The notes beneath the pieces are model-generated. The model saw only the letters and a program-made list of their open reading frames with translations. It did no database searches and was not told where the DNA came from. A DNA stretch of 64,000 bases. Origin: Podarcis melisellensis (Eukaryota). The translations under genes and the position numbers were made by a program. Positions 35,201 to 47,400 of the stretch are shown one piece after another. The stretch lies in NCBI GenBank assembly GCA_964234715.1, contig OZ174290.1; one strand, 5' to 3'. Position 1 is the stretch's first letter; every line of letters begins with the position of its first letter.

Positions 35201-37791
35201 AGGGAGGAGCTGCCTGCTGCTCCCCCATGCAGTCGGGTGGACGAACCAAAGGCAATGGGGCAGGAACAAGCAGCAGCTTCTGCCACCACCTGCCCGCCCC
35301 CCCAGCAGCGCAAGAGGTGGGGATCAATGGCCTCCACTCCAAGGGGTGGGAGACTGATGGTGCTGCAAGGCAAAGGGCAGGCCAAGGGGGTTGCTGCTCC
35401 AGCATCTCTGGGGCAGTGAATTGGGTTAGGTTTTGGGGCCTTGGCAGCTGTCCCAGAATGCCAACCCTGTCAGAAGTTTTATCTCCCGACGCTTCTGCTT
35501 GTTTTAAGTACACTGTACTTCGTTTCAGTAGCAACCCAAATTCAGCTTTTTTAAACACACACATCAAAACTCTTCCTCTTTGCATTGTGAACCTCAGTGG
35601 TGATTTCTCCTCCCTCCTACTTGCTTTGCATTGGCGATTCTGCAGTGCTACTAGTGGGGGGGGGGGAGGGAGAGCTGAGCCAGGCCAAGGAGTTCACAGC
35701 ATCTTACTAGACCACAAAAGAACACACAAAAAAATTTTAGCCACCTTTGCCAGCCGGTGCCCTCCCGATGCCTGGTGCTGAGAGCTGCAGGCCATCCTAT
35801 CCTGAGGGTGCCAGGTCACAGAAGGCTGTGTCGAAGCAAATCTTTCCTACCACTGTAGCACTGCTTTTGGAGGAAACCATGAACAGGATTGTTTCAATTC
35901 ATTAACCAGTGAACAACAGTGCTGGGAGGGGGAAGGACAGATGTGAGAACTCCTCCCAGTTTTCTTGTATGCCTAGCAGATTTTTAAAAAGTTGCCTAGT
36001 TGTTTCCATGTTCAAGCCTCTCCTCAAATACTTTCCAGCCTCCCTCCCCTCCGCCTCTGGCTCAGTCATCTCTTCCCTCTCAGGCTCCCTGCGCCTGCCC
36101 TGTGGAGCCAGCCGCTCCCTGCTTCCATCCGCAGCACAGGCCCTCTTCCTCCTCCCACCCCAGGTTGCACTCTGCCACAAAGGCATGGAAAAGCCACAAG
36201 CTGGGAAGATTTAATTAGACGACTTTCCACCGGTGGTAGCAGCAGCAGCATTGTTCTGCCAAGAGATTAGCTTACTAAAGACAGATCCACCCCCTCAGTT
36301 CAAAAGTGTCAGCAGTTTTCCCTGGCACATTTCTGAACTGGCATTTCTGAAGCAAGTGATCAATTCCGGTCTTGTTTTGTGGTCTCGAGGATCTGTCCTC
36401 CCTCTGCCAATAGGAGCCAAAACAGCAGACGCTTTTGAGCTGTGAAAAAACTTTTCGTGAAAAAATATTCCCACTTCCCTTGCATCCCAAGTTTGAAGCG
36501 GGGAGTGGGGGGAACCTTCCCAGATAGGCGTCCCCTGCCAATGGCAGTGAGCAGGGCCATCTCTTTTCACGCTAACAATCTCCACGTCTCCCCAGCAACC
36601 CCCTTCCCCCTTGTGCAACGGCATGCACCAGGGTTCAGGACACACACAAGCCTCATTTAAAGGCAGGCACACCCTACTGATGGTGAAGACGTCTGCACTG
36701 CCATCACTCAGAAGAGCTTCCAGAGGAGAGACCACGCCCGAAAAACAGCTGGAACCGTTTCAGCAGACTCTGCGTCCTCTGCAGTGCCCCCTTGTGGCTC
36801 AGAGACAACAGCAACAACTGGGAGGCAGAGTAACCATCAGAGTTAACATTTATTTTAATATTTCTTCTTTAAATTATTTGTGATTCACCTCAAGGACTGC
36901 AAGACAAGTTACCATCTAAAATAAAATAGCATAGAAGCCCAATACAAACTAAGCAGTGAAGACAAATAGCAGCAGCAGCAAAATACAGCAAATAACCGGT
37001 GAGGGGTTGGGGGAAATACAGTTGTTACTTGGTACCTAAAACATGATTAAAAAAAAAAGTTGATGCACTTGAAAGTGTATCACAAAAGCAAGGCACCAGC
37101 ACAGAAAACACCCTGTCCCAAATCACCACCTGCCTGACCCGTGACACAGTGAGGTGCCAGGAGCTGGACCTTAAGACAGTGGTCTGCAGGAACCAGCAGG
37201 TTCATATGGGAGGAAGCAGAGCTCCTTCAGGTACCCTTTAAGGAATTAGGCTTTAAAAAACAGTAGGAGAAGCACCTTGAACTGCACCCAGAAACCAACA
37301 GCAACCCAGTGGTAGTCTTGTAAGTATTGCCGATACATATTCAGTAGCTTGGACATTCTTCCTAGGCAGCCCCCCACAGTTCTTGGATGCTATCAACTGC
37401 AGATGTGGCCAAGTAATTACTCAAGAGGAGATGCACGCTGGTAAACCAATCAAAGCTGATAAGTGTTTCCTACCACTTGGGTGTCAACACCAGGACTAGA
37501 TTTAATGGCAGATTTAACTGTGAACCAGTTTGGTATGGAGAAGTGTGACCCCTAGGCCGCAAGACTCTTTGGCACAGTGAAAGGGTGGAACACCTGCTTT
37601 GCCACATCTTGTTCTGTGTTGACAGAGCACACCTGACTGCCAAACAATTTTCAGGGTGAATCTCTCTCACACACAAAAATGATGTCATGATACAATGACA
37701 CAAATACGATGCTTATCTTAAATCCACACAGCAAAGAACAAAGGAAGTGGATGGCCAGGATGCTTAAAAGAGGAGAAAATGAAATTCCACT

Positions 37792-37930
37792 GAGGAAGCT
37801 GCCTTATACCACTGGTCCATCTAGCTTAGTACTCTTTACACTGCCTGGGCTTCAGACTCTCCCAGCCCTACCTGCCGATTGAACCAGCAGCCTTCTGCAT
37901 GCAAGGCAGGTGCTCTGAGCTATGGCCCTT
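37792..37930 (-). mobile_element. Degenerate tRNA-derived squamate SINE
   Basis: GGAAGCTGCCTTATAC...GATTGAACC...CCTTCTGCATGCAA...CTGAGCTATGGCCC; reverse-strand B-box; similar to 41232-41520. Confidence 0.5.
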
Positions 37931-39759
37931 CCTGCAGAGAGTCCTTTCCCAGGGTGCGACAGAGCTCTCAAACAGAAAGATTAAAACAAAAAATATGTCC
38001 GTAACAGCAATGACCCCAGACAGTATCTCGAGGGTGTTTACCGAAAAGACAATAAAAAACCGCTCTCAATATATCTTCACGCATGCAAGAAAGTGACATA
38101 CAGGAAAGCACCTGCCACCACTGGCTCCTTAAGGAAGTTCCTGCCCCAGCTAGAATGCCAAGGCTCAAGCGAAGAGTCAGGCTTTGCCAGACAGGGCGCC
38201 CTTCTTGTGGGCCAATTTACATAAGAATCCTGCTGTCCATCTGCCACAATTTAACTTTAAATCCATTAGGCAGTGACTGAAGCTCACCTGCTAACAGGCA
38301 CGGGGAAATTTGCCCCATTCAAAAACCTCCCTTGGTCTGAGTCTAGAAGAGAGCAAGATGGCCACCTTCTCGGAAACAGAAACTGCATTGGGAGAAATGG
38401 AAACTAGTCCCGATGCAACAGGAGTAATTCAGACAAGACAAAGTGAAAGTGCTTGTACATAAGGATTTTGGTGGGTGCCTCTGCCTTATCTCAGAGCTCA
38501 AAGGCTGCCCACCGTGATAACACCCACCACTAATTATTTCAGCCCAGGTTTCTCCTGTTCTCTTGGCAGTTTGGTACCTTTTCTCCACGGAAAACCTTTG
38601 AGTCACAGGAGCAGCTGACAAGTGCCCAGAGGGCAGGTGCATCCATATTCCTCTCCCTCCCTTGTGAGTGCAAAGGATGGGCATGAGCAGCAAAGGGAAT
38701 CCCTGCAGCGGCCAAGTCATATCCACACACAACATGCTGCCCACAGCAGCCTCCACATCACTTGCATGCAGAGGAGAACTAGCCGGCTTTGCTTTATGAG
38801 CTTGGGGGCTGCAGAGAGTGCAGCACAGCAGCCCATCCTGACAGGGGCCTTGAGTGCTGAGTGGAGCCAGAAACTGCAGAAAAATGGGCTGAAGGAGACA
38901 GGCCAGTTCCACAGAAATTGTGCAAAGGTGCAAGAAATCCGCATCCAGATGAGGACTGGCCCCAGGAAGGTGCCAGCAAGGCTGTCTTACTGTGGAGCTT
39001 GATCCAGAAGGGGGAGGGGGAGATAAGACCTGCCCCTGTTCTTTCCTGACCTTTGGCCATGCTGGCTGTGGCTGGTGGGAGTTGGGGGACCAACATCATC
39101 TGGACGGCACCACATTGGCTTCCCTTGTTGTACAGCTCAAAATAACCCCAGGTGGAATCACCAGCATGGCTGGGGTTTTTTATGCGACAGGCCATCAAGA
39201 ACTCCCACATTCCAAGCAAAAGTCAGCTGGTTGGTTGGTTGGACGGATAGATGTAGATTTACCTCCAGAATTTCAAGCACTGAACTCTTGGGAGATTAAA
39301 ACTACCACAGGAAGTGGGGCAGCTGGAAGTAAAGATAACAGAAGCCATGAGCTGCTCACGTCCCTCCCTCTTCACTGCTCTGTCATAACTGCTCATTTCC
39401 AACCAACCAAAATGTCACAACTGACGGCATACTCTCTTCATCTATGATATAAAGTGTATTTCAGCTCCCAAGTAAATTCTAAGTGCATTTCATAAAAATA
39501 GGGAGCTGAATCCTGGAATGCTGGTTTTTAAAAAATAGGACCAACCGTTGACTACTTAATATTGCAGTGTATTGCCTGGGTCCTAAAATAACCCCTAGGA
39601 AAAGGAAGCAGCAGCAGGCCTCAGGAATAAGTGGCCCCTGCCCTGCGCTAGGCCACTGGAAGGTGGATCCTCTTGGGAAAGCTACAATTAGTCAAGGTTC
39701 TTTAGTTGCTGAAGGCAGGCACAGCCTTGTTCCAGCTTCCTGGGACAGCAATAGAACTA

Positions 39760-39765
39760 TTTATT
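39760..39765 (-). terminator. Candidate proximal polyadenylation signal of INPP5K
   Basis: First AATAAA seen on the minus strand after the stop codon; more distal sites (e.g. 36849-36854) are possible. Confidence 0.3.
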
Positions 39766-39906
39766 TCCTAGGAAATGATGCTCTGGGCTGCTCAAACTCA
39801 CATGCCCACCTGTGTTTCTAGCCTTCTTCAGAGAGAGGCCTGTTTCTAAGGCAGAGGAAGGAGGTTCCCTCCTCACAGACCCCGCTGCAGGGGCACATGG
39901 CACAGT

Positions 39907-40008
39907 TCAAAAGTCACACGGTGGTTTCTCATCACAAAGCTGCTCCGGCATCCTGCTGACTCCGTCCCAGGCCAGGTCCTTCTCTGCTAACATTCTCCTA
40001 GGCTGAAT
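39907..40008 (-). CDS. INPP5K: INPP5K last coding exon ([33 protein letters not shown])
   Basis: Pyrimidine tract plus CAG acceptor at 40009-40011, phase 0, TGA at 39907-39909; poorly conserved tail. Confidence 0.75.
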   Translation of the reverse strand: MQPRRMLAEKDLAWDGVSRMPEQLCDEKPPCDF

Positions 40009-43000
40009 CTGAAAGGAGAGATCATTCTTTGTTTTTTATTATTTATTACAGTTCTCTCCCACTTTTCCTCCAAGGAGCTCAGGGCGGCATATACGGTTCT
40101 CTTCCCCTCTCTATTTTGTCCTCACAACAACCCTGTGAGGTAGGCTAGGTAATCCAAAGAGGAGAACCATTTCCCCAGGTGATTCCAGGAACATCGGGAA
40201 GAGCTCCCTGGGGGTTCTAGGAACCTAGGAAGCTGGCTTGTATTGAGTCAGCCCATCAGCCCCATACCTGAAAGGGCTGGCTGATGCCAACCAGGGATTG
40301 CATTGTGTTGCTGTAATAACCCAGGAGAAACTCTCCTCCCGTTGCTGGAAGCTCCTCAGCACTGAGATAGACCTGGGAAAATTAAAGCAAAGGCAGTCAG
40401 CATTCAGCAAAACATCTGGAACAAAGCAGCCAGCAGTGATAACCTCTCTTCCCCCTCACCTGCTTGGCATCCTCCTCTGAGGAAATCTCGTTGTCTTGCA
40501 CCCAGGCGTACATCACGTAGTCATTTGCATGCTTGAAGGTCACCTGCAAGGGGAGAGAGCTGCCTTGAGCACAACTTGGTTGTCAGGGGAGTGAACACCT
40601 GTCCAATATGTGAGAGCTATTTGCTCTGGTTAGCTAAGGAAATGGGATGCAAACTCTGAACTGTTTCACACTTCAGTATTGCTAAGAGTGATACAAGGTT
40701 TTAGAAATGAGGAAATAGGACGACAAAAGCAAGATTAAGCCAAGGCCACACAATGATTTATCACAAAGTTTGTAACCTTTTCTCTAAGGAAATTATGGCA
40801 ACACATAGAGGCTGAGACACAGACAGAAGAACTGGCCTAAATAATCCAAAAGATTCCCATACCAAAGACCAAGTCTCTCATCAGTTTCCTGGCTTTTGAC
40901 AGCTTCCATCAAAATGAGAATTTTCAGGCGCAGACTCACGAGCCTCATCTTGTCTCCTCTTGCCTTGCCTTTGTTTCTGCAGCCTGTTCTTTCCCCCAAG
41001 GGAACCCTCCCACCCTGATACCTCGGCTTCACACAACCCACCACCGCCTCCTTTTAGTCATCCTTGGCTGCAGGATGCCAAAGATCCTCTTGGAACTGTG
41101 GGCACTCTGGGCAGGAGGAAATCTCTGGCACTGTCAGGAGGGACCAGGAGAACCTCTCCTTCACAGGGAGAAAATGGCACAGTTTTTCTCATGCCCACAG
41201 CACACCTTACCCTCCAAGGAGCAGAGGAAATGGAAGCCAGGCCATTGGTATGTTGGCTGTGTGCTGTCTACAACAGGCATCTCCAACCTGCGGCCCTCCA
41301 GATGTTTTGGCCTACAACTCCCATGATCCCTAGCTAACAGGACCAGTGGTCAGGGATGATGGGAATTGTAGTCCAAAACATCTGGAGGGCCGAAGGTTGG
41401 GGATGCCTGGTCTCCACTGCAACAGATCTCCAGGGTTTCAGGCAGGGGTCTTTCCCAGTTCAAGAGGCCAGGAATTCAACTAAGGACTCTTCTGCATGTC
41501 TCTGCTGTTGAGCTACTATCCTGCCCCCCTCAGTACACATCTGTGGCAATGTCACCTTGTAGAGACCAATCCAATCCCAGGCACTGCTTGGAAATTCAGG
41601 AGCTGTGGAGTAGCGGACGGTGGCATCTTGCTCAGCATCCCAGTTGCCCACAGGATGCAGCCTGACCAGTGGGACAGGGGGCAGAGGCTTCATCTGGAAG
41701 AAAGGAAAGAAGTTGTATCCCATAGCCACCCATTCAGCAGCAGTCAAAAGCCGCTCTTCAGGCTCCCAGCTCTGAAAATGTTAATAATCCTCAAGTGCTG
41801 CCACTTAAAGGTAAAGGGACCCCTGACCATTAGGTCCAGTCGTGGCAGACTCTGGGATTGTGGCGCTCATCTCGCTTTCTTGGCCGAGGGAGCTGGTGTA
41901 CAGCTTCTGGGTCATGTGGCCAGCAGGACTAAGCTGCTTATGGCGAACCAGAGCAGAACACGGAAATGCCATTTACCTTCCCGCCGGAGCGGTACCTATT
42001 TATCTACTTGCACTTTGACGTGCTTTCGAGCCGCCAGGGACCGAGCAATGGGAGCTCACCCCGTCACGGGGATTCGAACCACCGACCTTCTGATCGGCAA
42101 GTCCTAGGCTCTGTGGTTTAACCCACAGCGCCACCCGCATCTCGTGCTGCCACTTAAGCTATCCTAAAAAGGTTGTAGAGTGACCCTCAAAAAAAATGTG
42201 GGGGGTGCAGCATCTTCACAGGAGACCTTCCCAAATCAGTAGGCAGATGCAGTTGCAGTTTGCAAGCACCTACACGTGAGAAGAGTTTAAACGGGCCTGG
42301 AAATCAAAGGCAGAGTCAATCCTGTTTATCTACTTAGGGTGCAAGGGCTCTCTCTCCACCAGCCATAAGATGGTTCGTGATCTGTCTTTGAGACACAGAG
42401 CAAGACTGCAAAGCGTCCATCAGAAAATGCACCTTGGGTAGCTGGAAAGCTTCTAAAGCCTTCCCAGGTCTTCTGTGGCAGGGCTTCATCGTCCAGCCAT
42501 TTCTCTGATGGAAGGGACCCGAGTCGTGACCAGGTTCCCTTTTCCTAGAGCCAGTTCTGCCCTCAGGGAGAGGAGAGCGTTACCTCAAGCACAAAGGTCC
42601 CGGTGACAGGTTTGTGGTCGCTGATGCCGTAACTCATGTGGCTGATGTAGCTGTGCAGGGACACAGAAATGGCCTCCTCTTCTGGCATCTCTCCTGCTTC
42701 CGAGGCCAACTGCAAAAGATGCTTCACCCTCCAGAGGATCCGGTCCGTCCATGCAGGCTTCCGCTTCTTCCCACTGCAAAAGAGGAGGCAGTGAGGACAC
42801 ACCAAGGAAGCAAAGCATCCATGGCAGCAGCAGAGGCATTATGGGGACAAAGCAACCCAATGCATACACTGCCCCCCACCGCCTTCATTTTACAGCTCAA
42901 TCAAACAACATCTGTACGTTAGCAGATCTAACAGAAAGGCAGATGAAGGAGGAGGGAGGTTAATCAACTTCGTATCAGAAAACAACAGGAACTAGCAGCA

Positions 43001-44354
43001 ACCAAGTGTTAACCAGGCTGCATCAGCTACATTTACAGTGGCCCACGTGGTAAGTCATGAAAACGTCAAGTGCTCAGGAGAGGTTTGCCCACATTGAAGT
43101 TTGTGCTACCTGCATTTCTGGCCCTGATCCTTGGTAGTTTTTCAAAAACTCTGCTGTCTCTTCAGAGTGAAATGGTCTTAACCCCAGGAGACAAATACAG
43201 CCTGGGCTACCTGGTCATTCGCAGAGGACTCAGAGCATGAGGCTTTTAATCTCACGGTCGCGGATTCGAGCCCCACTTTGGGCAAAGGATTCCTGCACTA
43301 CAAGGGGTTGGGCTAGATGACCTTTCAGATCCCTTCCAACTCTATAATTCTACGATAGAAAGATGTGGGAAGAAGACAGTTTGCTGGGCAGCACTAAACT
43401 CTTATTGCCACCGGAGTTATCAGTAGCTTAAGATCTGACCTGTTCACTCCATTCCCCACCTGGGTCTCTTTGAAGGGATTGAGCTACCCAAGGGGCAGCT
43501 GAGCAACCTACGAATCCTGTTTTAAGCTGCTGACCTGACTAAATAGCAGCCAGCAGAGCCCTTTTGTGCCTTGTGGAAGCAAGTGCAGCAGAAGCATTTC
43601 CTATCCTGACTTCTGAGGAGCCCCAGCAGGCAGGCAAGAAAGCAAACCTAGTGAGCCAACAAAATTGAATCCACAAGGGCTATCATGCTGGAGAACAGCT
43701 GCTTCCTTCATCCCCATTGATCACTGTGGGGGAAACTCTCCCTTGCACCCAGATGCAAGAGGCTCTTTTTTATTCCATCGTGCCAATTAGCAGGTTAGGA
43801 TCAAGCCTCCAGCAGCTGGAGAGAATAGAGCAGCAACAGTTTGAAATGCTAATAGTCTAATAGTCTAAAATGCTGAAGATTTGGAAAGGAGGGCATCAAA
43901 ATCTCCTTACTTAAACCAAAAGAGCGTCTTCTGCCCCCTGAAATAGAAACAGACATTAGTGCAAAAATCCCAAACACCAATTCCACTGGAGCTCTTTTGG
44001 AGGACTGGGCCAAGACACTGATGAAGCTCTCTCCTTCCCCAAACTGCCTCCCGCTTTCTTCTCAGGTGGGCTGCTTATTCACCTTCACCAGCCTGGTCAT
44101 ACACCCAAGATGGTGTGTTGTGGGGGTAACCAGCATTTACCTGGTGTCATAGTCATTTGAGTACAGGTCAAACTTGTAGGTGGGTTTGAACTTCAGGGGC
44201 CCCTCCATGAATTCTTGAAGAATGGGTTCCTTCTTCTTAGCGATGTTAAGCTGCATAAATAAAAAGAAAGGAATAACAGAAACGCAAAGCAGCAACCAGG
44301 CCCAACTAAAAGAATCCTACATAGGGGAAGTTCTGCAGCCTCCTCTTCGAGGCT

Positions 44355-44410
<56 letters not shown>

Positions 44411-47400
44411 AAAGGAGATCCACATGAAGGTCATTTTACTCCACAGAAATCAATATGAATGGGACAGGCAAGTTTCAAAACTTCCCAGGAGGAAATTTAG
44501 AGCCAATTGTGAAATAGATACGGATCAGGAATAAGGCAAAAAATTATGGGAACAAAATGTAAATATTCACAGATTTGTTGCCAAGTGACATTTGGGGGGG
44601 TGAGTCATGGGTGGGTGGAATCAGCAGGAGAAACTGTAGGGTCTTCCATCAGGGGAAGCCAGGAGAGAGAAGAAAGCAGAAGATCCTGGTGGTGGCACAG
44701 GAATGAAGAGAACAGAACTTGGAGGTAGTACCTGGTCCTTTTCCCACAAAAGGCTGAATCGGCTGTTATTGATTGATTCTCGAATGAAATGCAGGCCGTA
44801 ATCTTCAATCCGGAAGTTCAAGTCACCAAACCAGAAGAGAACGCTTCACAGAGAAGAAACGAGAAATAACTGCTTAAGAAAAAACAGGAGAAAGCTGCAA
44901 GGCAAACATTAGACGTAGCAGATTCATCCGCACACATAATCTCAGAAGCACATTTACTCTGTAGTTCTCCATTATCTTTCACCACTGTGCAAAGTTATCT
45001 GTCCTCTTGCTCGTTTTGAACTGCATGGTTTTTTCCCCATTAGGAAGCATCACTTAGTCTTGTAAGTGACACAACGGGAGGCTGGGGGGGTCGGAGTCAG
45101 GCTCACTACTTACAGTGGCTCCCAAAAGAGCTGCCAGAACAATGCTCAAAATGGTCCTCCCTCTCTGGTCCAGGCACCTTACCTCCCTCCCTTCGCAGAA
45201 CCAGGTGCTTCAGAGCAAAAGGGAAGACTTCCAAGCTTGGGAGTGAGACCAAGTGCTGTTCTGCTTGAGGACCTCCTCTTCTTCCAGGAATTTTGTTCCC
45301 TTGAACGGACTTCTGTGGAGCTCTGAATAAACCCTAAACTACAAAATTCCACAACCGCTATCTCTTTTTAGGAGTTGGGCAAAAAAAAAATGTTATTTAC
45401 CTGGGAATTTGGAGCGTCAAGTAAGTTTGTGGCCTTCCACTCAGCTTTTTATTAGGATAAGTTGAATTGAATCCACATTTTATTGATGTGCATTTTAGAT
45501 TGTTTTTAATGTTCATTTTTGTAAACCACTTTGAGTTGCTTTTGTGGAAACAGCAACAAATTAATCACCACCACCATCTTAATGAAATAACCGTCTTCCG
45601 GATGCTCTCACTTTGGGTTCAAAGCTATCAGAGAGACTCCCTAAACTAAATGGACAATGACATAAGTAGCAGAGGCCAAGCCAAGCTGGATCCTCTTTTC
45701 CTAGAAGCAAGACAGCAGGGCAGCCTCGACCAGATTCAGTTGCCACTCACTCGTGATCCAGGACGTTGGGAATCTTTTCGCCTTCAAACTGCTGCATCTC
45801 CAAGATACGCTCAAAGTCATCCAACCGCTGTCCTGCATTCTCCATGTGGGCTGGCAGGTGGCAGTTCAGGAAACAGATGGTATGTCCATAGACAGACATG
45901 CGAGTGGTGACGCCCCCCTTGTTTCCCTACAAGACATAAGAAGCCAAGGCACCGACGGATCAGGTCCCCCGCTTGAGGCTGTTTTGAGACTTGTTTCCGT
46001 TTACAGGTACATTTCAGAAGCAACACCTACCATTCATAAATATCAAACACAGTGCTATTTTTCTAGAAAAAGAGGTGTCGGAATTTATCAGGAATACCTC
46101 CTTTGTTCTCTTATAATGGCAACGGCGCCTACCTGAGATGTGTCGGAACTGAGTTCCGGTTAGTTTCAGCTAAAAAAAGCCCTGGTCAATCCCAAAACTT
46201 GTTTGAAGGCAAGAAAGAGACTGGAATGCTCAAGACAACAGAGAAGTAAGCCACCATGGGTGTTAAATAGGTAGCCAGGAATCAGACTGTTCTTTGGGTA
46301 CAGAACCGAGGAGCAAATTTGCTAGCACCAGGGACGGCAGCACTTTTTGCTCTGATGTGGTCCAATCCTGCATCATCATACAGATTAATCTCTGTAGCCC
46401 TTGACAAGTTTATAACTTCAGACAAAATGTTTTAAAACTTTACTAAAAGGAGTAAAATTCTATACGTTCTTTTATTCCTCACTGAAGCCACCGCTGACAA
46501 CATGCAGAAGCCAAGACTAAGTTGCAATTTGAAAAAGCCATTAAAATGTCTGGAAAACACGGTGAGCTGCTTACCCAATATCCGTAGAGACCCGTGCGAG
46601 TGAACTGGCTCTGAATGTCCCGTATGAAGGGGACGTGAGGCTGCTTTGCAAAGACCAGCAGGAGGAGGCCCTGCATGCGTATGGAGGATACCTGCAAGCA
46701 GAAGAGATTTTTTAAACACAAACACTAGCGACCCCCCAGAAAAGGTTAGGATGCCCCAGGAAATCGCAGGCCTGGGAAGGGAGTCCAAGCACTGCTCTGT
46801 TGGCTAAAGAAAGGCGACTGCATCTCCTCTAAGGGCCAAGGAAAGCTTCTGCTTCCTCCATTCTTGATGGAATTTGAGATAAATGGAAGACAGGCAATAT
46901 CAAGAATCTCTTCCTGCCCAGCCCTGATAAAGGCACTGGGGAGCATCTGACCAAAGCCAGTGCAATGCTCAACAGAACTCTGGCCGTGGAATAGTGTCTG
47001 AGGACCAAGCACAGGAAATATCCAAATTGTAGCCTTGTCTTATTTAATTTAATGCACAGCCACTGCAATTTTAGGTGGTTGATAGGCCTTTTGGAATCAA
47101 ACCAGACTAGACCATTCTTGAAATCAAAAGAACATAAGAAGGTCCTTCAACAACTGGATCAGGCCAAAGGGGTCCTCTAGCCCACTGCCCTGTTTCCCAT
47201 AGTAGCCAACCTGCTCCCCATGAGCAGGACCTGAAAACAGCATAAATACTCTCCACACTTGTAATTCACCGTATTCAGAGGCACTTATTGCCTCCAGACC
47301 AGTGGAGGGAGCACAGCGCCACTGTGACTACATTACTTCTTGCATCAGAGGCAATTCTATAACACTTAATTCCAAAAGCAAGCCTTGAATGGTTTCTGCT

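Noticed and set aside
39907-39921. INPP5K C-terminal ...PPCDF as a prenylation signal
   Set aside because: The cysteine is third from the end, not a CaaX arrangement.
42060-43290. tRNA-like A/B boxes at about 42060-42140 and 43230-43280
   Set aside because: These are SINE heads joined to LINE-derived tails, not tRNA genes; I could not fold a full cloverleaf.
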